A DNA stretch of 64,000 bases from Podarcis gaigeae. Lineage: Eukaryota. The stretch lies in assembly GCA_964106915.2 (NCBI GenBank), contig OZ066920.1, one strand, 5' to 3'. The notes under the pieces are model-generated. The model was not told the DNA's origin, searched no databases, and saw only the letters and a list, made by a program, of their open reading frames with translations. The position numbers and the translations under genes were made by a program. This document shows, piece by piece, positions 38,586-50,654 of the stretch (positions are counted from its first letter, which is position 1; every line of letters starts with the position of its first letter).

Positions 38586-40314
38586 ATTAAATTTTAGCTT
38601 GTTCATGCTCATAATCTCAAAACAGCCTTCAGTCATTATAATAGACATGTAGACGGATGCACAGCTGCTACACGTGGAGGTAATATACCAAGTCATGACT
38701 GGTTCACACTGCTAAATTTCTTCATGCGATCTTGGACAGAGGATACATGAGTGCGAACAATATAAACAGTAAGCCAGCAATTCACTTATATTATTGTGAC
38801 TATGCTCTTTAATGTAACCACAGTAAAAGAAATGACTGCTGGCTCACTATTTGTAAAGCCTGGTTCAAGCTACCTATTCCCCATATCAACATGTACTTGC
38901 ATACATAACTATGCAGCAAAATTCACCAATGAGAACCTACTCAACAGATGTAGCATGTAACACTACCATCAAAGGGCTATATCCTATACAAAACAATATC
39001 CAAATTTTCTGTTCAGCGAATTCCAATGCAGTACACAAGACAGAAGAAACATATTTTGCGGTCATGGACTTTCCCACTGACAAAAGCCCTTTCTTCTGGC
39101 GTCTTTAGACAGATCTCCATCCCATCTTTTCATAACTACTGCAGAATTTCAGAACTACTACAGAATCCCTATCTACCTACTGCCCAGTCATCCCTACCAT
39201 TCAATCATTCAGCCTTATGGGTAAAAAAAAAAACCAACCCTACAGCATTTTGATGGCCAACCTCTTTCTTGCTTGAAGGTCTGTGTGACATTGCTACATT
39301 AGAAGCCCCACTTACATGTTATGTTTGTGGTATGGCTGCCATCCATGAATCAACTGCAATGGTGCTGAACCATGCAGACAGCAGTTTCCACGGTGTGATT
39401 ATAATTATGCCAGAATCCATGTTCCATTTTCCTTCCCAGTAGCAACTACGTTGCAATGGGAACATAACATAATAACTGGACCATAATAACTAGGCTAGAA
39501 AAAGGAACTGGGGCAATAGAATGGCACTAGCCAAAGCACTGGAGCATTTGTAGTTACAGCCAGGAACAGCCTTTAGTCCACAGCCAGCTTCATTCAACTG
39601 ACAATCCACCCAGTGATTCATTCCAAGTTTGTACAGGTCACTACAGTATTTCCCTTATTCCAGCCCTAATCCTGGACACAATAACTAAAGTATTCTCTCT
39701 CTGAATATAGTACACAGTATACAGACATTACCAAAGTGCTGCTTCCCCAAAAGATAGCCCCCCATCAGTTGCCATGAGAAACCTCTCCTATTATCTTGGC
39801 TATCCCAAAACCATCCTCTGTTATTCATTTTTTTAGTATTACTACAGTGCTTTTCACCCAAAATTCCACAGCAGTCTTTAAAAATAAAACATTCAACACA
39901 GTCAGCCATAAAATAATAAAGTACAACATTAACTAAAATCAAAGCAATCAGCCGTTTATTAGCAGCAGTAGAAAACCAACAGAGGAATCCGTGGTGCGGG
40001 GCATGCAAAACAACAGCTCTCAAAGGCTCTTTGAAAAAGGAAGGTTTTTACACAGCTCTGGAAAGGTAACGGGAAGGAGGATGCATAGGTCACTATCAAA
40101 TTACAGTTCTAGAGCAGGGTGCATGCGGCCCTCAAGACATTTTTAATGGCCCTCAACATCTGTCCTCCCCCAGCCCTCACACTACCTTTCCAAAGTTGGG
40201 TAAGTGAGGTCCTGGACTTTGGGAAGGAGCAATTATTTTTTTCGCTTTATCACTGATGTGTTTACTAGCCTGGGCTGCTTTGGGAGAAAGGATGTTATAT
40301 AAATTTAAGAAATA

Positions 40315-40545
40315 GTTTTTCAAAGGCATATGGATTACAATGGTTCAATCTACAAGTTACCAAAGCATGGATAACTGTAGCTAGAGTATCCTGGTCCAGC
40401 GGAATACACAGCAGATGCATAGGCACTCTGGTATACTGAGGCCACCTGTACATCTAATGACAAAACTGGCTCCAAGAGTATCCCTAAGCTATGCACCTGC
40501 TCCTTCAAGGGGAGTACAACCACATCTGGAGCCGACTGTACCTCC
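40315..40545 (-). mobile_element. L2 ORF2 fragment (post-RT region), decayed
   Basis: LPLKEQVHSLGILLEPVLSLDVQVASV. Confidence 0.7.
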
Positions 40546-42440
40546 AAATGCCAGATCTGAGAACTAGGGAATGCAACCCGTCAGAAAGGCTGAACACCTC
40601 TTCCAACATCAGCCAACCAAAAGTATGTTCATATCGCACCGCTCGGAGATTGGGATGGCATGTAACAGTATTTAAATCCCTATGTTCTCTTAAATTACTG
40701 CTTAAAGGTATTTAAAAATGTAATTTGATACATTTAGACTGCTGAGATCTGCACTGTAACGTTCAGAGAAGTGCAAAATTCATTGGATTCCTATGCTCTG
40801 ATCTGCACATTAATCCAAGAGGTGCAGAGCAAGACATTCCATGTGGGAATTGGCAAAGACTGAATTCCTCAAGCATCCTAACTTCCCACTGTATTGTTTT
40901 GCTAATTTAAACCCACCACCAACACACTAGTTTATGAAATACATTGCTGCCCATTAGATTATTATTGTGCAACTTTTATCACTAGTTGTTTAGAGCACCT
41001 TACCATCATAAAACCCCGTCCAGCAATAAATAGGACAATAAATTTAATCAATTTATTTTCTCAACAATTAACCTCATTACAACTATTAATAAAACAATCA
41101 TAATTTAAATATACAAGCCTGGTAATTTCAAAGTTGACTTGGGCTGGAATCCTATAGTCATTACCTCAAATCACAGGAAATAAATTGGCATGTCATAAGA
41201 GAAGGGGTTTAGAAGGGCCTCCATAACGGTTTCTAGGTAACTTAATACAGTGTCCTTCAATGACAGCATTATCTAGTTCTTCTTTCTGTCCTGAAAACAG
41301 TTTAAAGCTACAAGATCTGTGGACAGCTTTGGAAGAAGCAGAAGTCACCTGGTCTCCACTATGCTGCCTCTCCAGAGCTCTCCTGCTTCCTCCTACATTA
41401 TGAAATTGCATCACAGGTTTATACTTGTCCCCTCATTTTCATAAATGGATCAGTTAAATAATACTAATTCTAGTATCTATCTTTCAGGGCTCCATGTTTT
41501 ATGTTTCTCCTTTGTGAAGAAAACACTTCCATGGCTTAGTTCACCAAACTGGCTCTGTGATAGCTGACTTTGGTAGGTGTAATACACCATGGTAGCTCTA
41601 AACATTTCCCCAACATTTCTGTAGACACCTTGATATGCCACTTCTGCCAAATACATGGATATGAGAAACAGTGGATCAATAACTGCTGAGAGTGAAACTC
41701 ACCGATGTATCTATCTGTGGAAGGAACTGCCCCACAGATAAAACTGGCACAATAGTTGATTTGCAAGAAGTGCCTCATGCACAGTGCCATAGGCACTGTC
41801 CCAGTTTTCCTAAGTCCTTGAAAAAAATAAAATGGGGACTAAAAAAGAAGCAACAGAAAAGAAGGTGGAAAATTAAAGACTGGCTAAAATGATTATTCAT
41901 TTATTGTACAGTAAGCAGATGTGTGATCAAAATTAGACAAGGTGAAAGTTCCAGTGCAGTAATGAGTTCCTGCAGAAGTACTGTCCTTAGCTACTTATGA
42001 GCAGATCAGAAAAGAACAAAATGGCCCTCTTAGCTTCCAAGGCCTGTGGAATGTTGAGGCCATAAAGATGAGAGAATGTTGGAAAAATTAATCTCATTGT
42101 TTGCAGAGGGAACTTCCAGATTCACAAGGAACACCAACTGCTCCCCACCAAATTCCTGTCTTTGCTGCTACTGCTTGATTAAGAGAGCAAGGGGATTGGG
42201 CACTCCTGCCCAATCACAGATATGCTGAAATCCTGAATTTCCTTACTGTTTTCTTCTCAGTTCAGGCTTTGGCACTTTATAGCACAATGAGGAAAACTTT
42301 CAGGATGTCCGGAGGAATCTCAAGTGCAGTGAGGAGCAAACAGTGATACAAGGCTCCTGTTCTGGGATGGCTAGCTAAATTCCTGAGTAGGAACACTCCC
42401 ATTTGTGGCTGGCACTAATACAACATTATGTTACAAGCTG

Positions 42441-42483
<43 letters not shown>
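42441..42483. repeat. (CTA)14 microsatellite
   Basis: Direct read. Confidence 0.98.
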
Positions 42484-42614
42484 AATATTCCTTTCTTGAA
42501 GCATGGTAAAATCAACATAGTGACCAAATCATACAACCAAAAGGGGGCAAAAGCCAAACCCAAAGCACAGTGAAACAAAAAGGTATTAACAACATGCCAA
42601 AATATCAATAGAGA

Positions 42615-42820
42615 AAACAAAAAAAAAATTCCTTCCGGTAGCACCTTAAAGACCAACTAGGTCAGTTCTTGGTATGAGCTTTCGTGTGCATGCACACTTC
42701 CTCAGATACACAGAAAGCTCATACCAAGAACTGACTTAGTTGGTCTTTAAGGTGCTACTAGAATGAATTTTTTTTTTTTGTTTTGACTATGGCAGACCAA
42801 CACGACTACCTAACTGTAAC
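42615..42820. mobile_element. Penelope-like element (PLE) remnant: inverted partial pseudo-LTR joined to a forward 3' end, with a 12-bp TSD
   Basis: Flanked by the perfect direct repeat TATCAATAGAGA (42603-42614 and 42821-42832). Arms 42614-42683 and 42713-42784 are inverted repeats. It carries the squamate PLE terminal motifs TTAGTTGGTCTTTAAGGTGCTAC and CAGACCAACACG-CTACC, shared with the copy at 15740-15971. Confidence 0.85.
42672..42709 (-). ncRNA. Minimal type I hammerhead ribozyme motif (PLE-type)
   Basis: The minus-strand RNA reads GUAU-CUGAGGA-A-GUGUGC-AU-GCACAC-GAAA-GC-UC/AUAC. Stem I is GUAU:AUAC, the core is CUGANGA with one extra A, stem II is 6 bp, GAAA is intact, stem III is the palindrome AGCU, and the UH site predicts cleavage between 42676 and 42675. 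Activity is not demonstrated. Confidence 0.75.
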
Positions 42821-44031
42821 TATCAATAGAGAGTTTGCCAACTGGGACAGTGGCTGTGCTGTGCCAGTTATAACAGTGATTTTTATCTTATTAACAAGCT
42901 AGGCACAACAAAATCAGGTGCATTAGGTTGTAGCTGACTAAGCTCTACTTAGAGGGAGCCCATGCCTACTCTGAGCAGAACTAGATACAACCCAAAATAA
43001 CTAACTATATGCCAATAGGAAGAGGTTAACATTGTGTAAGGTTCTTTTTCTGGAACCTACACTGGCTGTCAGGGCTCAGATCTATAAGATGCAACACAGT
43101 TCCTGAAAACGAAAACAAGAACAAGGAGGAGAAGGACATAAAGAGCAACTTGCTTCACCACAGATTACTGTAGCCTTCACATAAACCTCTGGCGTTGAGG
43201 GGATTAGACTACCAGTTGCCTTGAACTCCTGAATTGTTCTAACACAGCACACGAAAAAAGAAGCAGCAAACCATGTTCCAGGAGCAGGCAGAGAGCGGGA
43301 AGTTATTCTATGGCTTTTACAGGAGGTTACCAACCTTTAGGAAGATTTTAGCAAAACCACTATAGGACTGAATGGCACTCAAAGATTAATCCATCTCTCT
43401 GCCCATATAGGGATGTGCTTTGCGTAGCTTAGCTTCAGTCTGCGTTTAAATATAGGTCATCAAATCAAATGTAGTGATTCAGGTCAGTTGTAACTATAAG
43501 TCTTAATCATATAACAGCTGCTTGGTTGTTGATGAGAAATGAATTTGTGCTCCCACTCAACTTAAAATAAAACTTACAATAAAATAAAAAATAACCCGTA
43601 CAACTGGTAGTGTTGTCACTGTCAGAATGAGGGCCCGACATGATCTGCCCCAGAGAATTAAATGTAATTTCTGTGATGAAGATAGTAGCCTCATATCATA
43701 TTGGAACCATGATTCAGAGGCCATGAAGGGACTGCGGACACTGACTGTGCCCTATCTGTAGGCAGAATATTTGAGCTACAAAAGATTAAAATCTGGCACC
43801 TTCTGTGAGCACTAAAACTCATTAAAAATTCATTTTGAAAAAGTCAATGCACAAATGAAGACCAGCTATTTAAAGCTACTGGTATACTACACAAGATGTC
43901 TAACACTAGGAGTAAGTGGAACAAAGCTAAAAGGATTTGTACTACAAAATCCATTTACAACTCAGCATGAATTTTACATTTGAGCCTGTAAAATAAGAAT
44001 GATGTCCTTAAAACTCATTAAGGGCCTTCAG

Positions 44032-44086
44032 TGTATGTATGTGTGTATGTATGTATGTATGTATGTATGCATTATTATTATTATTT
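44032..44086. repeat. Compound (TATG)n/(ATT)n microsatellite
   Basis: Direct read. Confidence 0.9.
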
Positions 44087-44520
44087 TACTCATCACATGC
44101 TGCACATGCTCCCAAAAGGTTAATGCATCTAGATGAGCAGAAATTCATGAGCATAATCCTAAACAAGTAAGTTGAAGTTCTATCAGGTCTATTTCATAGC
44201 ATCAGGGATTACTGCTAGCATTCTAATCCTACTGAGCCTAAGGGAGGTACATTGTATTGTATTTGAAATCCCAGCCAGGAAAGAACAGAAGGTTAAATGG
44301 GTGCCTTGCTCTGTAATCAAATATCAGAGGCACTACTTATCTATTCAATGAACAACTAATGTAGAAAATCAATTAAGAAACAAATAGCTGTTTCTTTTGA
44401 ATTTTTACCTAACCAAATTATCTGTTTCAACTTTTAAATGATTGCTGAAAACTTTTCTATTCTGTCAGGCTTATGCTAGCAATTTAAGAATGCATCTTTC
44501 TGTAACAGTAAGCAAATCAT

Positions 44521-44558
44521 ACAAACAAACAAACAAACAAACAAACAAACAAACAAAC
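44521..44558. repeat. (AAAC)n microsatellite
   Basis: Direct read. Confidence 0.98.
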
Positions 44559-45071
44559 ACATATGTCTGGTTTTATGTACTGTGGTAAAGTACTCCTTTT
44601 TTTAAAAAATGAATAGTGGTGTATAAATATTTTTATAAATAAAGATAAATAAAAATATTAAATATCCTAAAGCTGAAATAAAAGCATGCACTAATACAAT
44701 ACACACAGATACTAAAACTTGCAAAGCTAGGCTAAAAAGCATCCAAGGTACACAACTTTCATGTTGTAGTAGTATATCTTATTCAGATTGGGCCCCCGGA
44801 ATCAATGTACATAATTATTAAATCTATTGATGGGTCTACTATGGGTATGACTTCGTTAAATACAATCCATAAGTTTCTTAATTCCACTTTAAAAAAAAAA
44901 ACCACAACCCAAACAAACAAACAAACAAACAAGACTGGATTATTTAGTTACCTCAACAATTTAACATTATTCAATTACAAAAGAATGCCTGGTTTGTTCA
45001 TTAGAATTTAGATAACAGACAATGCTGGAGCTTGATTAATAGTAAACAAATTTTACGCACATGCATATACA

Positions 45072-45097
45072 GTGTGTGTGTGTGTGTGTGTGTGTGT
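45072..45097. repeat. (GT)n microsatellite
   Basis: Direct read. Confidence 0.97.
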
Positions 45098-47320
45098 AAT
45101 GAATATCTTCAATTTTTTATTAGTTGTGAAAAGCATTTTGTTCAGCTGCGCATCATCTTCTGTGTAGTTAGTTAAACTCCCGGGAGTGCTGAAAAAGGCA
45201 AAAGCTCCTGCTGGCCTTTGTTCCCAGCAGTGAAATGTCCCGTTTGGTGGTCCTAAGGTTAACACCCTACCCCACCCCCTCCTTCCTATACCTGTCATTT
45301 TTAATAGACTTCACAGTTCATGCACACAGACAAACAGGCCAACCTATCCAGCTAGCATGACCTTTATACAGGAAGAAGATCACATATGGTTCATAATATT
45401 GGACCGCTAAGGGAAAATGTAGTATTTGAGGAACTGGAAAAGCATAGCAATTATACAGAAAGTACTGCATGTCAGTCATAGATGGTGCCTGTTTGATATA
45501 ATGCCTATTAAGTATTCAAACACTGCTCTGGTATTTATTTATATGCTGAGTGGTATATACATTTTTGGTAAATAAATAAAGTGAATGTTTGCCATTGTTG
45601 CTTAGAAGTTTCAAGCAAAATATCTGAGCAGAACTGTGAAAACTATAGTTGGCACATCTGGTCTTACATTTTAATTCTTTCTTTCCACCTTGCTTTTAAA
45701 TTGTACCTGGAAATTGATAGATGGTCCTTTCTTTGAAAAAGCATTCCCTTCTGAACGGGAGACAAGGGGTCAAACTAGACATTATGTGAGAGTTTTATGA
45801 CTGGAGCTGCCAATATATTTCTTCGTTTGCAAAAAAAAAAAAAGGAAAAAAACAGATTTATAGACAGAAACCTTATAAACTGACTGGAATGCAATTCTTT
45901 CATTTTCAGCTTCTCCAAACACACCAAAATATGCACAACAGTATTTTTGCTTGCTTATTCTTGTAGTTTTATTCTCTCTCTACAATAAAAAGGACATAAT
46001 GAGGGGTTTTAGGCTAAACTACATACTCCATTGAAAGTGTGGTTTGCACTTGCATCTTTTTGAAAAGAAAAAAACAGAGAGGGATCAATCCAGATTGGGA
46101 CAATGGGGTGGGGTGGAGTTTACATTTCCCTCATATACTGTCCCACAAAAATAGCCTCTTGAAACTGCTATTTGGCCTGGGAAATAAGGCCTGTATTGAG
46201 TCTCTGTGGCTTCTCTAAAATAAAATGTAAAAAAATGTCCGTGTGAATCATGGATTTAATAACATGTAATTTATAAACACATGCGTGTTTTCCCATACTT
46301 CATGCTTTATCTAGCCAGCATTTTAATTTCTCAGTAGAAGAAATGGGCAGATGCGCACAAACGCACACAAACCATCTCACAGATACATCTTTCTTTCATC
46401 TTTTAGTCAAGAACCTTGGCATTAAGGTTATTTAAAACTCTAATTCTAGATGTTAAAAGTAGAGTCTATACATTTGCACTGGCTAAATCACTGACAACTG
46501 GTGAATGCTGAACTGGTGAAGGAATTACATAGTTCCTTCCCAACTGCAACAAAACCAAGCCTATTCTTTATTGTACAAGGTTATTTTTTTACTTTTTTAT
46601 TCATTTTAATTTTTTAAAAAATTTTAAACCCCACTGCATCTAAATAAATGCCAGGGAAGGGTACAATAATAAAATATAATAATAAGAATGCAACATTGCT
46701 CATACAAGCAATAAAACATAGAGGCAACAAAACTACATTAAGCCAGAGGTGGGGAATTGCCAACCATGGTGTAGATCTGGCTCTCATAGGGTCCCCATCT
46801 GGCAGAAGGCTCTCCTCCTTCCAGCTAGTTTCTGGAAAGCAAGAGTTTCCATCCACCCAGCACAGAAGATAAACAATCTCACAGCAAACAAGCAGATCAA
46901 TTTTATTCCTTGTTGGATTCTAGTGTCCAGCAGGAAAATAGCAGTAGGAAAAGATAAGGACTTGCAAGGGCCATGGAGGAGGGGCAAAAAGAAAAAAGGC
47001 TGGAGGAACAAGAGGAAAAGGCTTTTACGGGGCAAGAAAGAGCGAGTACGATGAACACTGGGCCCCTGCGTGGGATCTGATGGTGAAGTTTCTGAATAGA
47101 AGATCTATTCAGTCTGTTGATCTATGAAATTTAAACATAAATCTGGGATGGAGCCTACATCCATGTATGAGTGTGTGTGTGTGTTTGCGAGTTTCTGTGT
47201 GTTACTACTGCATGAAAATGGGAATGAACTGATAATAAATAGGAAATTGAGAAAATGGTGTCAAGGAGAGAGAGAAAAGGGGTGGCAGAATAGGGAAGTC
47301 CATAGATGAGTATGAATGGA

Positions 47321-47352
<32 letters not shown>
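47321..47352. repeat. (GATT)8 microsatellite
   Basis: Direct read. Confidence 0.97.
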
Positions 47353-47960
47353 TTGAAATAATTGTTCCATCCATTAATTTCAAAGTGGGATACATAAAAA
47401 GTTAAAGCTATAGCCTGGTTTGCTCCTAGCAAGAAGCCAGTGTATGGCTTACCACTGCTACATGAGAGCGTTGGCTCCTGGAGAGAAACTTACACAAACC
47501 CAGGCTTTCTAGCACAGTGTGGCATGAAGCTAAGTCAAGGTCTGGCATAATGTGATGTCTGAACCTAGGATTGTGGTTTGGGTTTCTACCTCCATAACCA
47601 TGTTTTGTAGCCAAGGTTTGTCCTTTGAGTCATACTTTTAGCTTTGGCCCTACCCAATTTGGCTTTGATCACACCCAATTATGACTTTTGCTATTTACCC
47701 CCACCCTCTACATTCCTCCACTTTCTCTCAATTTTGAAGCTGAAAGGTCCTTGGAGCAAAACTCCATCTTCTTTTAATTTGTAAGTTGCCTTAGGCATTG
47801 ATGGTACAATATAAATAACAACATTCATCACATAGATTACATCTTAACTTTCATATTCAGAGGACCAGAGAAGGAAGAAATAGGGGAGCTGCTACCAAAA
47901 TTGCTTAAGGATCCCAAAGCATTAAAAAACGGAAATACTTTAAATTACAAAAAAATACCA

Positions 47961-48070
47961 AAATCCACAGCGATATCTTTATTAGGACCAATAACAATTT
48001 GACAAAATAGTGGCAAGCTTTTGAGTTCTTCATCTTGTGAGCTTTTTTTTACGGACTAACAATGCTACCT
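47961..48070. mobile_element. Older Penelope-like remnant (second family), inverted configuration, hammerhead degraded
   Basis: CTTTATTAGGACCAA...GCAAGCTTTTGAGTTCTTCATC reads GATGAAGAACTCAAAAGCTTGC on the minus strand, a deleted hammerhead-like core. It is followed by a forward GGACTAACAATGCTACC terminus. Confidence 0.55.
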
Positions 48071-48671
48071 TTGTTTTTTTAATGATGAGGAATTTAATTT
48101 GTTATAAAGAAACAATATGAAAGAAATCCCACTCCTTGTCCACAATAATACAACACAAATACAGGACTTTGTATTCAGAACTGGATCAATGCCAAGGATG
48201 GACCCACTCCAATTAAAGAATTAGAATTAAGACCCCTGTCTGGTATCTTAGCAGAGATTTAAATGGGTGCTTTGCTGCAATGGAAATGAGAGACATCTAA
48301 CACTCCGATGGAACATGAGGCAGTTGCATTTTAGCCTTGAAAAGTCCCAAGACGTCAGGCTTCAAAACCATAACGTTCGGAGAACGGAAAAGCTATTATA
48401 AGAAAAATGCTGGCAATTTCTGAAATGTATTAGTCATAACTTTTCTCTGCCTTGGCATTAACAGAGCTCAGCTTTGTATGTGCAGGATATGAAAAATAAT
48501 ATCTGTGCAGTTAAAAGAATTACCTGAAAACATTTCTGAAATACTTTCCTTGCTATAATTAGTAGGTTGAGAATATAGGATTGTTTCTTTAGGGCCTGGT
48601 GGCAAAACTGACTTGTGATTTTACCGTCTCCTTATGATGAAGCTATCTTAAGAGCACAACCCTGAAGCAAT

Positions 48672-48850
48672 GGGAACACAGGAAACTGTCTTATATCAGA
48701 CCATTGATCCATATAGCTCAGCACAGTTTACTCTGGCAGTGACTCTCAAGGGTTTCAGACTGAATTCTTCCCCAGCTGAATGTGGAGATTCCAGGGACTG
48801 AACATGAAACCTTTTGTATGCAACGCCCCTCTTCATTAACTACAACCCTT
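48672..48850 (-). mobile_element. tRNA-derived SINE with CR1-like tail (similar older copy at ~33745-33905)
   Basis: GGAACACAGGAAACTGTCTTATA..CAGACCATTGATCCATATAGCTCAG...GGAGATTCCAGGGACTGAAC matches a common squamate SINE in reverse orientation (from recall). Confidence 0.6.
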
Positions 48851-49532
48851 CTTGTAGTTTTAATACATAACTGTACATATTTAGAAATTACTCAACAACA
48901 TTTGAAAACAAGTGCACACAAAATGACGGAAGACAGCTGACTATTCATACAAAGTTAGTGAAGAGAGCTATAATGCTTCATTATAAATGGATCAATCCAT
49001 GCAGACATGAAGCACATGAGTGTTTCAACTATGTCACAGGAAAACAAATAAACAGAAAGAGGAAGAGGAAGAGGACTTGCCATGTTACTAGTGTGGTGCA
49101 ACTACCACTGAAAAATTATTTCAGCAGAATAGGTATCCGCGATTCAGCAGTAATCCAGAAAACATTGGTTTGGGGGGATTTTTCATGTTAAAACTCTTGG
49201 AAGGCACAGAAGGTGTCCTGGCAGTGGAATTTTCTGTGTGGTTGTTCCCAAATTGTGTAGCTCACATTGCTGATGTAGCATTGATCCTGACCTGCTGGAG
49301 CACTTTGGTAGCTATCACGCTGCAACAAAAAAGTGATAATTGGGCCAAACAAATAGCTAGATGAGATGAAACAATTGTTGACTATGTAGTATATAGCAAA
49401 AACTTCTGAAAGGAGGAAACCCACATCTGCAGACAAATGTGGATTGGGTGGGGCTTGATTATTACAACAAAAAAATAGTGCACAAATGCAGAAGTCACCA
49501 CAACATGCTACATGCTGTAGAAGAGAGGGGAA

Positions 49533-49535
<3 letters not shown>

Positions 49536-49576
<41 letters not shown>
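49536..49576. repeat. (TC)n microsatellite
   Basis: Direct read. Confidence 0.98.
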
Positions 49577-49579
<3 letters not shown>

Positions 49580-50654
49580 CTTGTAAGCACACACACATCT
49601 AACTCAAGTTCCTTTGTCCCGCTTCAGAGCTAGCTAGCATCTTCAAAAGTTTAAAGGTTATCAGTCAGAATTCGAAATCAAACAAAATAAATCATTGGAC
49701 TAGCAAATAAATGTTTGATTTTTGTTAACCACAGTATGTTTTCTGTTTGTTGGTTTCTATCCGCACTATGAACTTTCTGCATAAACTTGCTCTTAATAAA
49801 GGGGGGGGGGGGAGTGCTTTCTAAACAAATCTTGTAAAACTGTGCCATTTCGAATCCCATGAAAAACACTGTTGTTAAGACATTGAGGGATGTGTGCTCT
49901 GAGGGCCATTGTAGGAGCTTTAAGGAAGTTTATTCTGGGATAATGGTATGGTCTTGCTTTCCAAATTACCAAAAGCTCAAAAAAAGTATCCCCTGGTTTT
50001 CTGTCATTTTGACCCTTTTTGGTAATCAACTTTTAACCAATAGCATTAGAAATAAGGGGATTGCCTTGGGTGAACCATAGAACATAAAACACTATCGCTG
50101 GACAGTGGAACCACCCAATTTGAACTCTGAAGCTAAAATATATTTGAAGTAAGAAATAATGACTGAAGAACATACAAACACCTCTAAAAATACCCTTTCA
50201 TCAAAGGGGTACATGATTTCTCTAATGAAAAAAGGACACCCAAATTACAGCTTTCCAACTTGTGGACACTTGTACATCCTTTCTTACAGGAGGTCTCTTT
50301 AATGCTTTGCTTCCTATGTATCCCACAGAGTGCACCAGAAATCAGCAGAAATACTAAAAATAAACTAAAAGCCAAACTCTGCAATTACAACCTGCATTCT
50401 GAAAAGTCATCCAATTAATAGAACATTCTAGAATTTTGAAAACCCTTTGAAACTCCCAAGAAATAATAGTAGTTAAGCCACAAGAATTCTGTGTACTGGC
50501 TAATGATCACAGACAAGTGACACCGCTTTAATGAGAAATGCCCTGGACCACATCACTGACTGGCATATACTCACTGTTATTAAGCAAAAGGATGAGTTTC
50601 TTTCACTCACGTATCAGAAGAACACCATGTAAGTCTTCCCTTTTGACATTACTG

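Noticed and set aside
44293-48276. Shared 18-mer TTAAATGGGTGC(C/T)TTGCT at 44293 and 48259
   Set aside because: About one or more 17/18 matches are expected by chance among all position pairs in 64 kb.
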